DNA from: a bacterium
GTDB lineage: Bacteria > UBA8248
Length of the DNA: 64,000 bases
Direction of reading: 5' to 3'
Assembly: GCA_965261085.1 (NCBI GenBank)
Contig: OZ253442.1
Span: forward strand, 832,001 to 896,000
Every line of letters starts with the position of its first letter. Position 1 is the stretch's first letter. The notes under the pieces are model-generated. The model ran no database searches. It was not told the DNA's origin and saw nothing but the letters and a program-made list of their open reading frames with translations. The position numbers and the translations under genes are program-made. Below, in pieces: positions 54,124 through 64,000 of the stretch.

Positions 54124-55557
54124 CTATCTAAGAAGCTCGCTGAGTCGGCGTTCAAGATACTGGTCCACATCTAATCTGCATCCCTCCTCAATCATTTTAA
54201 GCATCCGCTCAATGTCTTCATCAACCAATGCAATAATGAAGCCTCGGTCGTCTCTTGCGGTGTCCCGGCAGCGCGCGATGAACCGCTCGCGATTGTCAAA
54301 GTTCCTGCCAATCAGAAGTCCAAGGCGGCCTCGTACTGGCGAAAACCGACCAGCAAGCTGGTCAAGTTCGGGATTCGCCATTTCCTGCAAATAGTTCTTG
54401 CATTCGACGTAAACCTTTGTAGCGGCGATTCTCACGTCTTGGCGACGGCGAAAGAAGAAGCCTGTATTACTGTTGTTCGTGTAGGCTATGTCGATCCTCT
54501 TCCGGCCCTCATGTATCTCAAGCTCTTTCTCGGGATAAATCAGGTTCGGATAGAAGATGAACTCCAAAGCTCCGATCATGAAGCTGTGAAAACGACTGGC
54601 GTCAAGATTGCCGCGTGTAATCTCGCTAAGCCGAGCAGTTAATGTACTTGCAAATATTTCCTCTACGAAACCTTCCTCCAGCTCAAAGTCTTTTAGCTCG
54701 GGCGGTACGCCTAGCAGGTTTTTGTAGCGTTCAAGGACTTCGGGATGGTCTTTGGAAAAATCGGCAAGAAAATGTTTTGAGGGCGGATACATCTTTTCAA
54801 GTGAAGTTTTTGTTACCCGCTGTTGTCCGTTCTTTAGTGTTTCCACCAAGGCAGTGCCTTGGGACAGATGTTCTGACTGAAGGAATTCCAAAACAAACTT
54901 CTTGTAATATTGCCGGTGTGAAAAGGCCAAGCTCCACCGCACGCTGGCCTTCGGAACCATGATTATCTTTCTGCCCTCGATGATCGGTAGTCGCACATAA
55001 CGATTTCCCCAATTTCGGTTGTACTCATTCCACAAATTTCCCGAAGCAACTTGCCCGCGTAGCTCGATGCCATGAAGATCACACTGGTACTGTGTGTATT
55101 CGATCAAATGTTCCCGAATGATGTTCGTAGTTATATCCGAAATCTTGTCTGCTCCGATTCGCGGTATGAAAAGCTCGCAGTCGGAAAGCTCTTCCAATTG
55201 CCCGGTTTCTGCGGCTCGACTTTCCCTCAGTTTATTAAAGAGGTCTTTTGCTTGAAGGCTCCCTATCCCGCGCCCTGAAGGGGTTTGACGGGAAAGGCCC
55301 AGAGAGGTCTCGTTCGGCTCATGAAGCTGGCTCAGAAGCATCTGGCCTCTAGGTTCATTCCCTACCTTGATGGCCTCAAGCACAGCTTCAAAGAAAGACA
55401 GTATCGCGTTGTGACAATTAACAGACCAATCATCAGATCGCTTGCTGAACACATAAGGATCAATGAAAAGTTGCGTGTCTGTATCCGTATCAACATCAAC
55501 GAAGTCCAGCTCAGGCTGGCTTTTGTCTATCTTGAAATGCTGTGACAGCTTAGGCAT
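54124..55557 (-). CDS. Hypothetical protein with a C-terminal PD-(D/E)xK nuclease-like domain (lower GC)
   Basis: EIHEGRKRIDIAY...YVECKNY near the C-terminus; LDFVDV..DTQLFIDP at the N-terminus. Confidence 0.75.
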   Translation of the reverse strand: MPKLSQHFKIDKSQPELDFVDVDTDTDTQLFIDPYVFSKRSDDWSVNCHNAILSFFEAVLEAIKVGNEPRGQMLLSQLHEPNETSLGLSRQTPSGRGIGSLQAKDLFNKLRESRAAETGQLEELSDCELFIPRIGADKISDITTNIIREHLIEYTQYQCDLHGIELRGQVASGNLWNEYNRNWGNRYVRLPIIEGRKIIMVPKASVRWSLAFSHRQYYKKFVLEFLQSEHLSQGTALVETLKNGQQRVTKTSLEKMYPPSKHFLADFSKDHPEVLERYKNLLGVPPELKDFELEEGFVEEIFASTLTARLSEITRGNLDASRFHSFMIGALEFIFYPNLIYPEKELEIHEGRKRIDIAYTNNSNTGFFFRRRQDVRIAATKVYVECKNYLQEMANPELDQLAGRFSPVRGRLGLLIGRNFDNRERFIARCRDTARDDRGFIIALVDEDIERMLKMIEEGCRLDVDQYLERRLSELLR

Positions 55558-55790
55558 GGGTATAACCTAAAGTTTGAGTGTGCTTTGAATGCAGTACGGC
55601 CGTGTCATCACGGATTCTAGATGAAGTCATTGGGCACCAGCCTTAATTTGTCTCGTTCGGTTGGTTCAGAACAATCAATGATCAGCTTCTCGAATGAAGT
55701 TGAGCCTCTCTGCGCCCATATCCACTTGCGACGTTTTCCAGCCTACCATTTTACAGGCCAAGGTGTGTGAATGTCCATCACGCTCTACTT

Positions 55791-56008
55791 GGTTGGGCCT
55801 GATTGGCGCAGGCTACGCCGACCCTGCGTTCGGCTACGGCTCCGACGACTGGATTCGGGGGAGTTCGACAAGGCGGGCGGCCAAGCTATCGGCATCGGCT
55901 TCATTGCCGGCGCGCTGGTCGAGCGGATCGTCGACGAGGCGATCGACGCGCTTAACGCGGCTCCGAGCCGTTATCTCACCCGCGGCCCGGCGGAAGGCTG
56001 ATGGACGG
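55791..56008 (+). pseudogene. Internally deleted duplicate of the nitronate monooxygenase gene
   Basis: 55791-55905 matches about 53087-53202; 55909-56008 matches about 53884-53983; the last 46 bp are identical. Confidence 0.85.
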
Positions 56009-56577
56009 GCGCCATTGGCCGCGCGCCATGATTTGCTTTGCCGCGCGCCCGTATCGACGCCGGGCTTCGCTTCGCTCTAAGGCCCCTGGTTTCGCCCGGA
56101 CGCTCTGTAAGGTTTCGCTCAGGGCGTTGAACAGTCCCAGGAAAAGCCCCCTGCCGCCATCGTCTTCCTGGAACAAGCTCTGGGTGAACCCCACCACCAA
56201 CCGGGGATTGCCGTCGCCATCGGGGCGATTGGAAAACTGCCCGCCCCAATGTCCGCCCGATTTCGTGACGCTCCACTCCGGATGCGTCACCCTCACGTCG
56301 GCCTGCTCGAAATTGCCGTTTCGCGTGAAGGGCGTGGGCCCGAAATGCAGTTCGTAATCGGTAGGCGGGGTATGGAATAAGCGGAATCTCTGGCCGTGTT
56401 GAGCCTGATAGTACGTCCGTTTTCCCGCGTCACTTCCACGTCGAGAACCCGGCCGTCGAACTTCGTGACCCTTTTGAAGTCGAAGCGACCCTCGTCATCA
56501 GACAAGCCCCCGCCCCCGCCCGAGGCGCAGCCGCCGAGAATAATCGTTGCGAATAAAATGGAGATGAGGCGTTTCAT
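55976..56577 (-). pseudogene. Frameshifted or internally deleted surface lipoprotein (beta-barrel-like C-terminus)
   Basis: Lipobox LGGC N-terminus in ORF 56293-56577; a different frame continues ...YELHFGPTPF...GHWGGQFSNRPDGDGNPRLVVG...GLFLGLF. Confidence 0.6.
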
Positions 56578-57340
56578 GGCTTTCTCCCTGCTAGGTGTGT
56601 TTATCTTCTGATTTCATGTCTTGTATTTTAGGATTTCCCCGTGAGGGCTGGGAGTTCGGGCGTTATTTTCCAAACTGGATGTGTCTGGCCGTGGTTGTCG
56701 TCACGCCCAATGACCAGGGTGGCGCCTCGTGTTTAATGGCTTGTGAAAGTTCTATGTCGCGTTTGTGTCGCTCAAGAGCAAGTATTGCTTTTAGCGTCTT
56801 TGATTTCTTCGGTCAATGCGGAGACTCTCGAGTTGATGAGCGGTTTTTCTGAGGCTCCAGATGAAAGGCGCGGATGATTCCGCAAGTCTATTTCTCCCTT
56901 ATCGGTCGGAATTGACCTACATTTTTCCATTCTTTTTCCGAAATCGCTTGCGCGATGGTTCGGATGTTCCATAGGCGAAGGCGAGCAGGAATCCCGTAGT
57001 GGCGGCCCCTCCCCGGGTCCGCCCCATGGGCCGCCCGCATTCAGGGAATCACGAACCCCTCAACGAAAACCGGCGGTGAGCGCTTGCGGTTTGCTACCTG
57101 TGGGCGAACACGCACGATCTTCCCCTTCGCGGCGAAGATCGACACCCCTACACAAAAGCGCGATCTTCCCATTTCCGGGGAAGTTCGTTTCCTCTCTCAA
57201 CACGCAGTTCCCCGCATTTGCCGTTGCCGCGAATTTTCGGGTCTCGGTATCGTAGTTCGGTCGTGGCGGCATCCCTCCCTCCTTGGTCGGGATTGACCCC
57301 GCAATTGCCGCAGGCGTTCGAATCGGGTGCTCGCGTAGCC

Positions 57341-57656
57341 TTTCATCAGGACGGGCCCGGTGGGGGACCTGGGTTTCTCCTAACCTTTGATGCGGGCGGG
57401 CCTGGTGGATGCCCATATCTCTCGCAGCCCATTCGGCGCGTTTGGAGTTGATGAAACAATGAAACCTCTCGCAGTTTTTCATATGGGCAGGCCCGGTGGC
57501 GGGTTCACATATTTCGAAGCCTTTGATACGGGCAGTCCCGGTGGCGGACCTGGGTTTCTCCTAACCTTTGATACGGGCAGGCCCGGTGGCGGGTTTACAT
57601 ATTTCGAAGCCTTCGATAAGGACGAACCGGGCAGGGAGCGCGAGTTTCCCGAGGCC
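57341..57656. repeat. Imperfect 45-bp tandem array (about 7 units)
   Basis: Units begin TTTGAT/TTTCAT-like at 57341, 57386, 57477, 57522, 57567 and 57612; a degenerate unit lies at 57431. Confidence 0.85.
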
Positions 57657-57932
57657 TCTCATGCGGGCGAACTCCCCTCGCGGCTCAACGGCTCTCGCTG
57701 CTCAGGCTCGGAAGGGGAGCGCCTCAGCGGCGGGACAGGTTTCGCCTTCGGGGAATATGGGATCGATTTAATGGGAATATGTGAAAATATCGATAAATTC
57801 CTGAAAAATAATTCACCTGTAAGTGATTGAAATAATAAGAGTTATTTTTATAATCCGAGAGTATCACACTCAAATATGGAGTGAAAAGAAATTTTCCGGG
57901 TCCCCCGCATTTGCCCGCATTTGCGCGAGGCG

Positions 57933-58901
57933 CTACTTGCGGATGGTGCCGAAGCTGAAGCCCGTGACGAGGTGCTTCTGGATAAGGACGCCGAGAATAA
58001 CCACGGGGATGGTGATGACGGTCCCTATCGCCGCCTGGGGGCCGTAGAGTCTTCCCTCCATCGCGCTCTGGAACTTGTTGAGCAATACGGGAAGGGTGGC
58101 TACGTTCGGCTGGGTCAGCGTCAGCGCGAGCAGGAACTCGCTCCAGTTCAGGATGAAGATGAAGAGAAAGGTCACGACCATGCCCGGAGCGACCAGGGGG
58201 ACGACCACGCGGCGCAGCGTGTAGATACGCCCCGCGCCCATGATTTGGGCGGCGTGTTCGATGGTCATGGGTACTTCGTCGATGAAGTTCAGCATCATCC
58301 AGATGACGAACGGCAGCGTGGTCGCCATATAGAGGAGGCCCAGGCCGAGGTAGGTGTCGATCATGCTGATTCTAATCCCGAGGACCGTCTGGGTGGCGAA
58401 CGGAATCAGGATGGCGTAGTACATCACGACGGGAATCGCGATGATGATGGGCGGGACCATCCGGATGGTGAGAATCATATAGCGGAAATACTTTCCGCCG
58501 ACGCCGAACCTCGATATCGAATAGGCCAGAAACGTGCCCAGCAGGAGCGCGGCCAGGGAACTGAGGGAAGCGATGAGCATCGAATCCCGCACCGCTCCCC
58601 AGATGGTGTAGGCCTGATCGGTGGCTTCGCGGCTGAGGCCTTCGCCGTGCCCGGCGAAGGTGAAAATCTGCCGGTAGTTCAGCAGAGTGGGTTCATACCC
58701 CCCGCCTAAGAAGGTCGGAAACCAGTTCGGCGGCCAGGCGACCCAGTCGCCCGAATCCTTGAAGGAGGTCGATATCATCCAGAAGATCGGGAACATGATC
58801 ATGATGGCCCAGCCCAGCAGCGCGGCGTGGCGGAACCAGAAGAAGAGGTTGTAGCGCTTGGCGAAAGACATTTCGGCGCGCCTGCTTGCGTCGTTCGTCA
58901 T
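57933..58901 (-). CDS. Carbohydrate ABC transporter permease (MalG-like)
   Basis: MFPIFWMISTSFK, EAA-like loop IEHAAQIMGA, WSEFL; its ATG overlaps the upstream stop. Confidence 0.9.
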   Translation of the reverse strand: MTNDASRRAEMSFAKRYNLFFWFRHAALLGWAIMIMFPIFWMISTSFKDSGDWVAWPPNWFPTFLGGGYEPTLLNYRQIFTFAGHGEGLSREATDQAYTIWGAVRDSMLIASLSSLAALLLGTFLAYSISRFGVGGKYFRYMILTIRMVPPIIIAIPVVMYYAILIPFATQTVLGIRISMIDTYLGLGLLYMATTLPFVIWMMLNFIDEVPMTIEHAAQIMGAGRIYTLRRVVVPLVAPGMVVTFLFIFILNWSEFLLALTLTQPNVATLPVLLNKFQSAMEGRLYGPQAAIGTVITIPVVILGVLIQKHLVTGFSFGTIRK

Positions 58902-59848
58902 TTCATTCGCTCCTCTTCGACGATGGAGCGCTCCCGGACGAGCAGATAAATGCCGTAGAAGATGAGTCCCCCGAACATGAAGAGCAACAACACCGAGGCG
59001 GCCGCGCCGAAGCTGTACTTGTTGAACTGCCACACTTGGCGCCAGAGGAAGAACGCGATGGTTTCAGTCGAGGTGCCCGGGCCGCCGAAGGTGAGCAGCA
59101 CGGATAGATCGAAAAGTTTGAGCGCCTCCATCGATCGAATGATGACGGCGATCATGATCGCGGGCTTTAACAGCGGGAGGTGGACTTTCCAGAATATCTG
59201 CCACCTGCTCGCTCCCAGAACGCGCGCGGCGTTGGTGAGTTGCTGTGGAAGCGCGGCGAAGCCAGAGAGAAAAATCAGGAACGTCAATGATGTCCACTGC
59301 CATACGTCGGCGAGGATGATCGCCCACTGCGCGGCGATGGGGTGAGAGAGCCAGCGGATGCGCGGGTTCACGCCCAAAGCTTCGGTGATCGGAGCCAAAA
59401 GCTGGTTGAGGGGTCCTGAGTCGATGTAGATCATCGAAAAGTTGTAGCCCCCCACGACCGGAACCACCATCATGGGAATCAGGAAAATGGTGATGTAAAG
59501 CCGCCTGCCCCCGAACTGCCTGTAGGCCAGCATGGCGAGGAGAAAACCGAAGAGCAACTCGAGGGTGACCGCCGTTCCCGCGAAATAAAAGGTTCGCCCG
59601 AGGGCCCACCAGAAATCTTCGGTGGTGAGGACGCGGACATAATTCAGGAAGCCGTGAAAATAGGCCCGCTCGAAGGGCCGGTTGGCGCGCCATTTGAGGA
59701 GGCTGATGTAGATGGTGAGTATAAAAGGAACAGCGAGAAGCAGGAGGAAGGTCGCCTCCACCATGACGAACGGAATCAGGCGGAACACCTTCTCCTGTGA
59801 GAGCCAGGCGGAGAGACTTTTTCGCTGCTTTATCGACGCTTGGGCCAT
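58898..59848 (-). CDS. Carbohydrate ABC transporter permease (MalF-like)
   Basis: ADVWQWT, AARVLGASRWQIFWKVHLPLL, GGPGTSTET. Confidence 0.92.
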   Translation of the reverse strand: MAQASIKQRKSLSAWLSQEKVFRLIPFVMVEATFLLLLAVPFILTIYISLLKWRANRPFERAYFHGFLNYVRVLTTEDFWWALGRTFYFAGTAVTLELLFGFLLAMLAYRQFGGRRLYITIFLIPMMVVPVVGGYNFSMIYIDSGPLNQLLAPITEALGVNPRIRWLSHPIAAQWAIILADVWQWTSLTFLIFLSGFAALPQQLTNAARVLGASRWQIFWKVHLPLLKPAIMIAVIIRSMEALKLFDLSVLLTFGGPGTSTETIAFFLWRQVWQFNKYSFGAAASVLLLFMFGGLIFYGIYLLVRERSIVEEERMK

Positions 59849-59880
59849 TTTTCCGTCTTTATCTCAACGTGTATCGCGCA

Positions 59881-59918
59881 AGGCGCCTGCCCCGGCTTGG
59901 TGCGCCGGAGCAGGCGCT
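59881..59918 (-). other. Intercistronic hairpin after the substrate-binding gene
   Basis: GCGCCTGCCCCGGC...GCCGGAGCAGGCGC. Confidence 0.55.
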
Positions 59919-59932
59919 CTTGAGCGCAGTGC

Positions 59933-61411
59933 TTAATTCGTCGGTGCGAACTTGTCGATATAGGCGCCGCTGGCGACGCTCGCTCTCCAGGCCGCGATCT
60001 GCTCTTTCCTGCCGATGTCTTCGGTTATGCGGTTCCAGCCTTTCTCGATGTTTTTCGCCGCCTGTTCAGCGGAGATGTTGCCCTGCATGACCTGGGCCAA
60101 GTTCTTGTCGAGCACGTTGAAGTACTCGTAGTTACCCTCGATCATGAGAAGGGAAATGGCGTTTTTCGCGTTCTTCAGCGTCATCTTGACGAAAGGTTCG
60201 GTGTGCTTGGCGAGCACGGCCTTGTTCGTCAGGTTCGAGGCGCGCATCGGATCCCAGAAGCCCGCGGGATCGGCGATGGCTATGTCGCCTTGGGTCGGGC
60301 CCGTGAACCACTGGATGAAGTAATAGGCGAGCTCGGGGTGCTTGCTGTGCGCGTTCACCATGTAGCCGGTGCCTGCCGCCTGGGGAGCGCGACGAACCAT
60401 TTTGCCGCTCGCTCCTTTCACGGCGGGAGCCGGGCAGGCGAGCTGATGGCCGCTGATCTTGCTCTTCGGGCTGCGGTTGGCGTAGCCCATCGCCGAGGGG
60501 AAGGACATGAAGGAGAAGGCTTGTCCACTTCCCCAGTGAGGATAGAGTTGCGGCGTTCCCCAACCCTGCACGTCGGGAGGCATGTACTTGACGAGGGAGG
60601 AGAATTCCTTGATGGCCCGGATGCCGTTCGGGCTGTTGACGGTGGGGTTCATGTTCTTGTCGAAGAGCAGTCCGCCCAGATATGCCGGGAAATGCCGGTA
60701 GGAGAAGTTGATGCTCCGGTAGGCCTGGGCGCCGTAGAGCGGCTGGTCGAACTTTTTGCCCCAGCGAGTCTGGCCCTTTTTCGTGTGGAAGAATTTGGCC
60801 ATCTGTTCCCACTCGGCCATCGTGTCGGGACACCCGGGCGCCTTGCCGAACTTGGCCTTGTATTCGGCCGCGCCCAGCTTCATGATGTCCGAGCGCAGGA
60901 ACAAGGCGAGGTGGTCGCCGTCGAGGATGAACCAGTAGGTTTTTTCCTTGTAGCTCTGTTGCGCCAGCAGGCCGGAGTCGATGCCCGTAAAATCGGGTTT
61001 TCCCTTGGCCATGTAGGCATCGAGCGGCTGAAGAGTGCCCGCGCCTACGGCGTCCGGTATGACGTAGGGGAAGTGGTTGATGACGTCGTAGTTCCCCGTC
61101 TTCGCCACGGCTTCCGCCATGATTTTGGCCGGGATGTCGGTGTAGCCGTACTGGATGGTCTTGATCTTGACGCCGGTGAGCTTCTCCCATTGCCTCAGGT
61201 ATTTCGGCTGGGAGTTTTTGAAGAGCGAAATCAGAAGCATGGTCTGGGTCGGATTCTTCAGATTATGCTTTTTGACGTACGCTTTCGCTCCGTTGATGGC
61301 GCGCTCCTCGACCGTCTTTCCGGGGTGCACCATCATGGCGGCGATAGCCGTTGAGGCCACGAATGCCGTGAAGCCGATCAGAATCAGTGTTGCGAGAATG
61401 ATTCTCTTCAT
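59933..61411 (-). CDS. Carbohydrate ABC transporter substrate-binding protein
   Basis: RBS GGAGGAGG, signal peptide MKRIILATL...AIA, WEKLTGVKI, SKHPELAYYFIQWFT. Confidence 0.9.
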   Translation of the reverse strand: MKRIILATLILIGFTAFVASTAIAAMMVHPGKTVEERAINGAKAYVKKHNLKNPTQTMLLISLFKNSQPKYLRQWEKLTGVKIKTIQYGYTDIPAKIMAEAVAKTGNYDVINHFPYVIPDAVGAGTLQPLDAYMAKGKPDFTGIDSGLLAQQSYKEKTYWFILDGDHLALFLRSDIMKLGAAEYKAKFGKAPGCPDTMAEWEQMAKFFHTKKGQTRWGKKFDQPLYGAQAYRSINFSYRHFPAYLGGLLFDKNMNPTVNSPNGIRAIKEFSSLVKYMPPDVQGWGTPQLYPHWGSGQAFSFMSFPSAMGYANRSPKSKISGHQLACPAPAVKGASGKMVRRAPQAAGTGYMVNAHSKHPELAYYFIQWFTGPTQGDIAIADPAGFWDPMRASNLTNKAVLAKHTEPFVKMTLKNAKNAISLLMIEGNYEYFNVLDKNLAQVMQGNISAEQAAKNIEKGWNRITEDIGRKEQIAAWRASVASGAYIDKFAPTN

Positions 61412-61586
61412 CTTGATTCCTCCTCCCTTCGTGTTTGGAAAGGCGATGACTTGCTTCTGAATCGCCGAGATCGAACACAAAATCCATGAGACCGAGTTGT
61501 TTCCACCTTGTCGCCATTGCGACTTCCATGCGACATTGCATTTTCCAGAACCTTCGTTTTCGCGCTTCCTGGCGCGCTGCGGGCTT

Positions 61587-62660
61587 TTACTCCAGCCGTA
61601 AGCCGCTGTCGGCGTCGAAAAAGTGTATAGCGCTCGACTGAAAACCAAAGCGGATTTTATCGCCGGAGCTGAACTCGCGCTCGGCGTCGACCTTGGCCAC
61701 GAGGAATTCCTCATCTCCGCAGGAGAAGAAAATGAGCGTTTCGTCTCCCATCGGTTCGATGAGCCGCACCTCGCCGGGCGCTCCCTCATCCCCGATGGTT
61801 ACGTTCTCGGAGCGTACCCCGATGTTAAGCGTTTTGTTTCCGGCGGATGCGGGCACGACATCCGGCGCGATGTCCATCTCGAAATGCTCGGACAGGAATT
61901 TCGGAGAACCGCCGTTCTCGATGCGCCCCGAGACGACGTTCATCGTCGGTTGACCGAAGAACGTGGCGACGAACTGGTTCTTGGGTTTCCTGTATATTCC
62001 GAGAGGCGTGTCGATCTGCTGCACATATCCGCTTTCCATGACCATGATGCGGTCCGCCATGGTCATGGCTTCGGCCTGATCGTGGGTGACGTAGAGGAAG
62101 GTGGATTTCAAATCCTCGTGGAGGCGCTTGAGTTCCGTGCGCATTTCGATGCGCAGCTTGGCGTCCAGGCTGGAGAGCGGCTCGTCCATGAGCAATACTT
62201 GCGGCTGGGTTATTATCGTTCGCGCCAGGGCGACCCGCTGTGCCTCGCCTCCGGAACACTGGGCGGGTTTTTTGGAAAGAAGGTAGGATATCTTCATGGT
62301 CTGGGCGACTTTCGAAACCCGCTCTTTCACTTCCGCATCCGGAGCCTTGTCCACCCGCAAACCGAAGGCGATGTTTTCAAAGACGCTCATGTGAGGAAAC
62401 AGGGCGAGGTCCTGGAACACCATTCCCAGTCCACGGTCTCCAGGTTCGAGGTGATTCACCACGCGATCGCCTATCAGCATCGTGCCGCTCGTGGGTTCCT
62501 CGAATCCGGAAATCATGTTGAGTGTGGTGGTTTTTCCGCAGCCCGATGGCCCGACCACCACCATGAACTCGCCATCAATCACCTCGAGGTCGACACCCGC
62601 GACCGCGGTGACGGTTTCACCGAATTTTTTGACCAGGTTTTGGAGCGTGATGGATGCCAC
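61587..62660 (-). CDS. Carbohydrate ABC transporter ATP-binding protein (MalK-like)
   Basis: GPSGCGKTT, SGGEAQRVALAR, MDEPLSSLDAKLR, YVTHDQAEA. Confidence 0.93.
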   Translation of the reverse strand: MASITLQNLVKKFGETVTAVAGVDLEVIDGEFMVVVGPSGCGKTTTLNMISGFEEPTSGTMLIGDRVVNHLEPGDRGLGMVFQDLALFPHMSVFENIAFGLRVDKAPDAEVKERVSKVAQTMKISYLLSKKPAQCSGGEAQRVALARTIITQPQVLLMDEPLSSLDAKLRIEMRTELKRLHEDLKSTFLYVTHDQAEAMTMADRIMVMESGYVQQIDTPLGIYRKPKNQFVATFFGQPTMNVVSGRIENGGSPKFLSEHFEMDIAPDVVPASAGNKTLNIGVRSENVTIGDEGAPGEVRLIEPMGDETLIFFSCGDEEFLVAKVDAEREFSSGDKIRFGFQSSAIHFFDADSGLRLE

Positions 62661-63066
62661 CGCAATTTTCCCCTTCAAATTCGATGGTCAGCGAACATCG
62701 TTCCGGAACCGATGAGCCTGAATTTTTTGCTCTGAAGGTTATATTATGCACTTGTTTGTTCTGATTTTCAAATCCTTTGAATTTTATATGTGTTTGTACT
62801 GTCCACATCATGCAAGTGAACTTTGGGCTTCAAATTTCTCTGATTTGTTTGTCTAGGAGATATGTGGGCATTCGGCCCCGAGGCGGCTCTGCTTTCGTTC
62901 CTCGTTCGAGCGCTCGAAGAAATTGCCCGGGCGCAGAAAGGCGTCGATTTGAGGGAGCGCGGCGATTCGTCATTTTCCTCGTGTTGAATTTATTTGCATA
63001 ATTGATTAGTAGAACAAAGTTCCATGCAAACCGGGTTGATGCCTTGATTGGTGGTGGGGGATAAAG

Positions 63067-63759
63067 TTGGCTCAAAAAATTCTCATCATAGAAGACGAAT
63101 CCGATATTCGCGAACTTCTCACCTACAACCTTGAGTTGGAAGGATTCGATGTGGTGGGCGCGGCCAACGGCGAGGAGGCTTTCAAGGCGCTCCGGAGCGA
63201 GCCGATCCAGTTGGTCGTTCTCGATCTGATGCTTCCCGATATTTCGGGTCTTGAGATTTGCCGCTACATCCGGCGCGATTCCGCCCTGAGCCGGCTTCCC
63301 GTCATCATGCTGACCGCCAAGGGCGAGGAGGTGGACCGGATCGTCGGCTTCGAGTTGGGCGCGGACGATTACGTGACCAAGCCCTTCAACATCCGGGAAA
63401 TGATCCTGCGCGTGAAAGCGGTGCTCGCGCGATCCAAGATGACGCCGGTTGCGGGCAAGGCGCTCAAGCGCGGGCCGCTCACGATCGACCCCGAGCAATA
63501 CGAAGCGACTGTGGATGGGCGCCAGCTCTCCCTGACGGCGACGGAATTCCGCCTGTTGCATCACCTGGCGGCTCACCCCGGACACGCCCAGAATCGCGAT
63601 GAGTTGCTCGACGTCATCTGGGGAGAAGACAAGTTCGTCACCCCCCGCACCGTGGACACGTATATCCGCCGCCTCCGGGAGAAACTCGGCCCGGCGGGGG
63701 AGATGATCCAGACGCTTCGGGGCGTAGGCTACCGATTCCAGAAAATCTCCGAAGAGTAA
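63067..63759 (+). CDS. OmpR/PhoB-family response regulator (PhoB-like)
   Basis: IIEDE, LDLMLP, MLTAKGEEVDRIVG, GADDYVTKPF, RTVDTYIRRLREKL, TLRGVGY. Confidence 0.92.
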   Translation: MAQKILIIEDESDIRELLTYNLELEGFDVVGAANGEEAFKALRSEPIQLVVLDLMLPDISGLEICRYIRRDSALSRLPVIMLTAKGEEVDRIVGFELGADDYVTKPFNIREMILRVKAVLARSKMTPVAGKALKRGPLTIDPEQYEATVDGRQLSLTATEFRLLHHLAAHPGHAQNRDELLDVIWGEDKFVTPRTVDTYIRRLREKLGPAGEMIQTLRGVGYRFQKISEE

Positions 63760-63789
63760 ACCTCGCTGGCGCTTGGGGGAAACCCGTAT

Positions 63790-64000
63790 ATGCGCAAGTC
63801 GTTCTACAAGAAGCTGACGGCGAGCTATCTGGTGGTCATCACCGTGGTGTTCGCAGCGGGGTTGATCTATCTCCACTTCGGCCTCTCCGCCCAGTTGATG
63901 GAGCAGGCCGGGGAGAACCTCGCGCGCAATGCGCGCCTCGCACGCCGCCAGTTGGTTTCATCGACTTCCCGGAACGCGCAAGGTTACCGGATGGATGAAC
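63790..64000 (+). CDS. Sensor histidine kinase (PhoR-like), 5' part only
   Basis: MRKSFYKKLTASYLVVITVVFAAGLIYL N-terminal TM, directly after the response regulator; runs off the window. Confidence 0.65.
   Translation, partial: MRKSFYKKLTASYLVVITVVFAAGLIYLHFGLSAQLMEQAGENLARNARLARRQLVSSTSRNAQGYRMDE

Noticed and set aside
56600-57050. Coding gene
   Set aside because: Only short ORFs with no recognisable motif; probably a decayed remnant.
57341-57656. CRISPR array
   Set aside because: The variable parts are short (about 18 nt) and recur, the repeats are degenerate, and there are no cas genes in the window.
62731-62755. dif site (ATATTATGCAC)
   Set aside because: Only one partial arm resembles dif; there is no XerD arm.

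Overview
A 64-kb, mostly GC-rich bacterial chromosomal segment. It holds one complete rRNA operon (16S, tRNA-Ile, tRNA-Ala, 23S, 5S), tRNA-Ser(CGA), housekeeping genes (gpmI, amtB, hflKC, tadA, rbsK, a phoB/phoR-like pair) and many catabolic and transport genes. The main signal the ORF track hides is recoding. Four genes are split by five in-frame TGA codons, each at a catalytic Cys position and each followed by a SECIS-like hairpin: a UGSC-family protein (9527-10069), an AhpD/CMD-like CxxU protein with a Cys-less paralogous neighbour (14799-15461, 15471-16076), and two tandem peroxiredoxin-like paralogues with UxxC (45913-46416) and a rare two-selenocysteine UxxU motif (46574-47098). Other points of interest: a promoter with four NrdR-like boxes but no nrd gene, pointing at a structured non-coding segment (44440-44825); an in-frame TAG in an otherwise intact hydrolase; a translationally coupled 51-aa ORF before amtB; several low-GC mini-islands with defence-like genes; REP-like palindromes; a tRNA att remnant; and a 45-bp tandem array. 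All product calls come from reading motifs by eye; no database searches were run.
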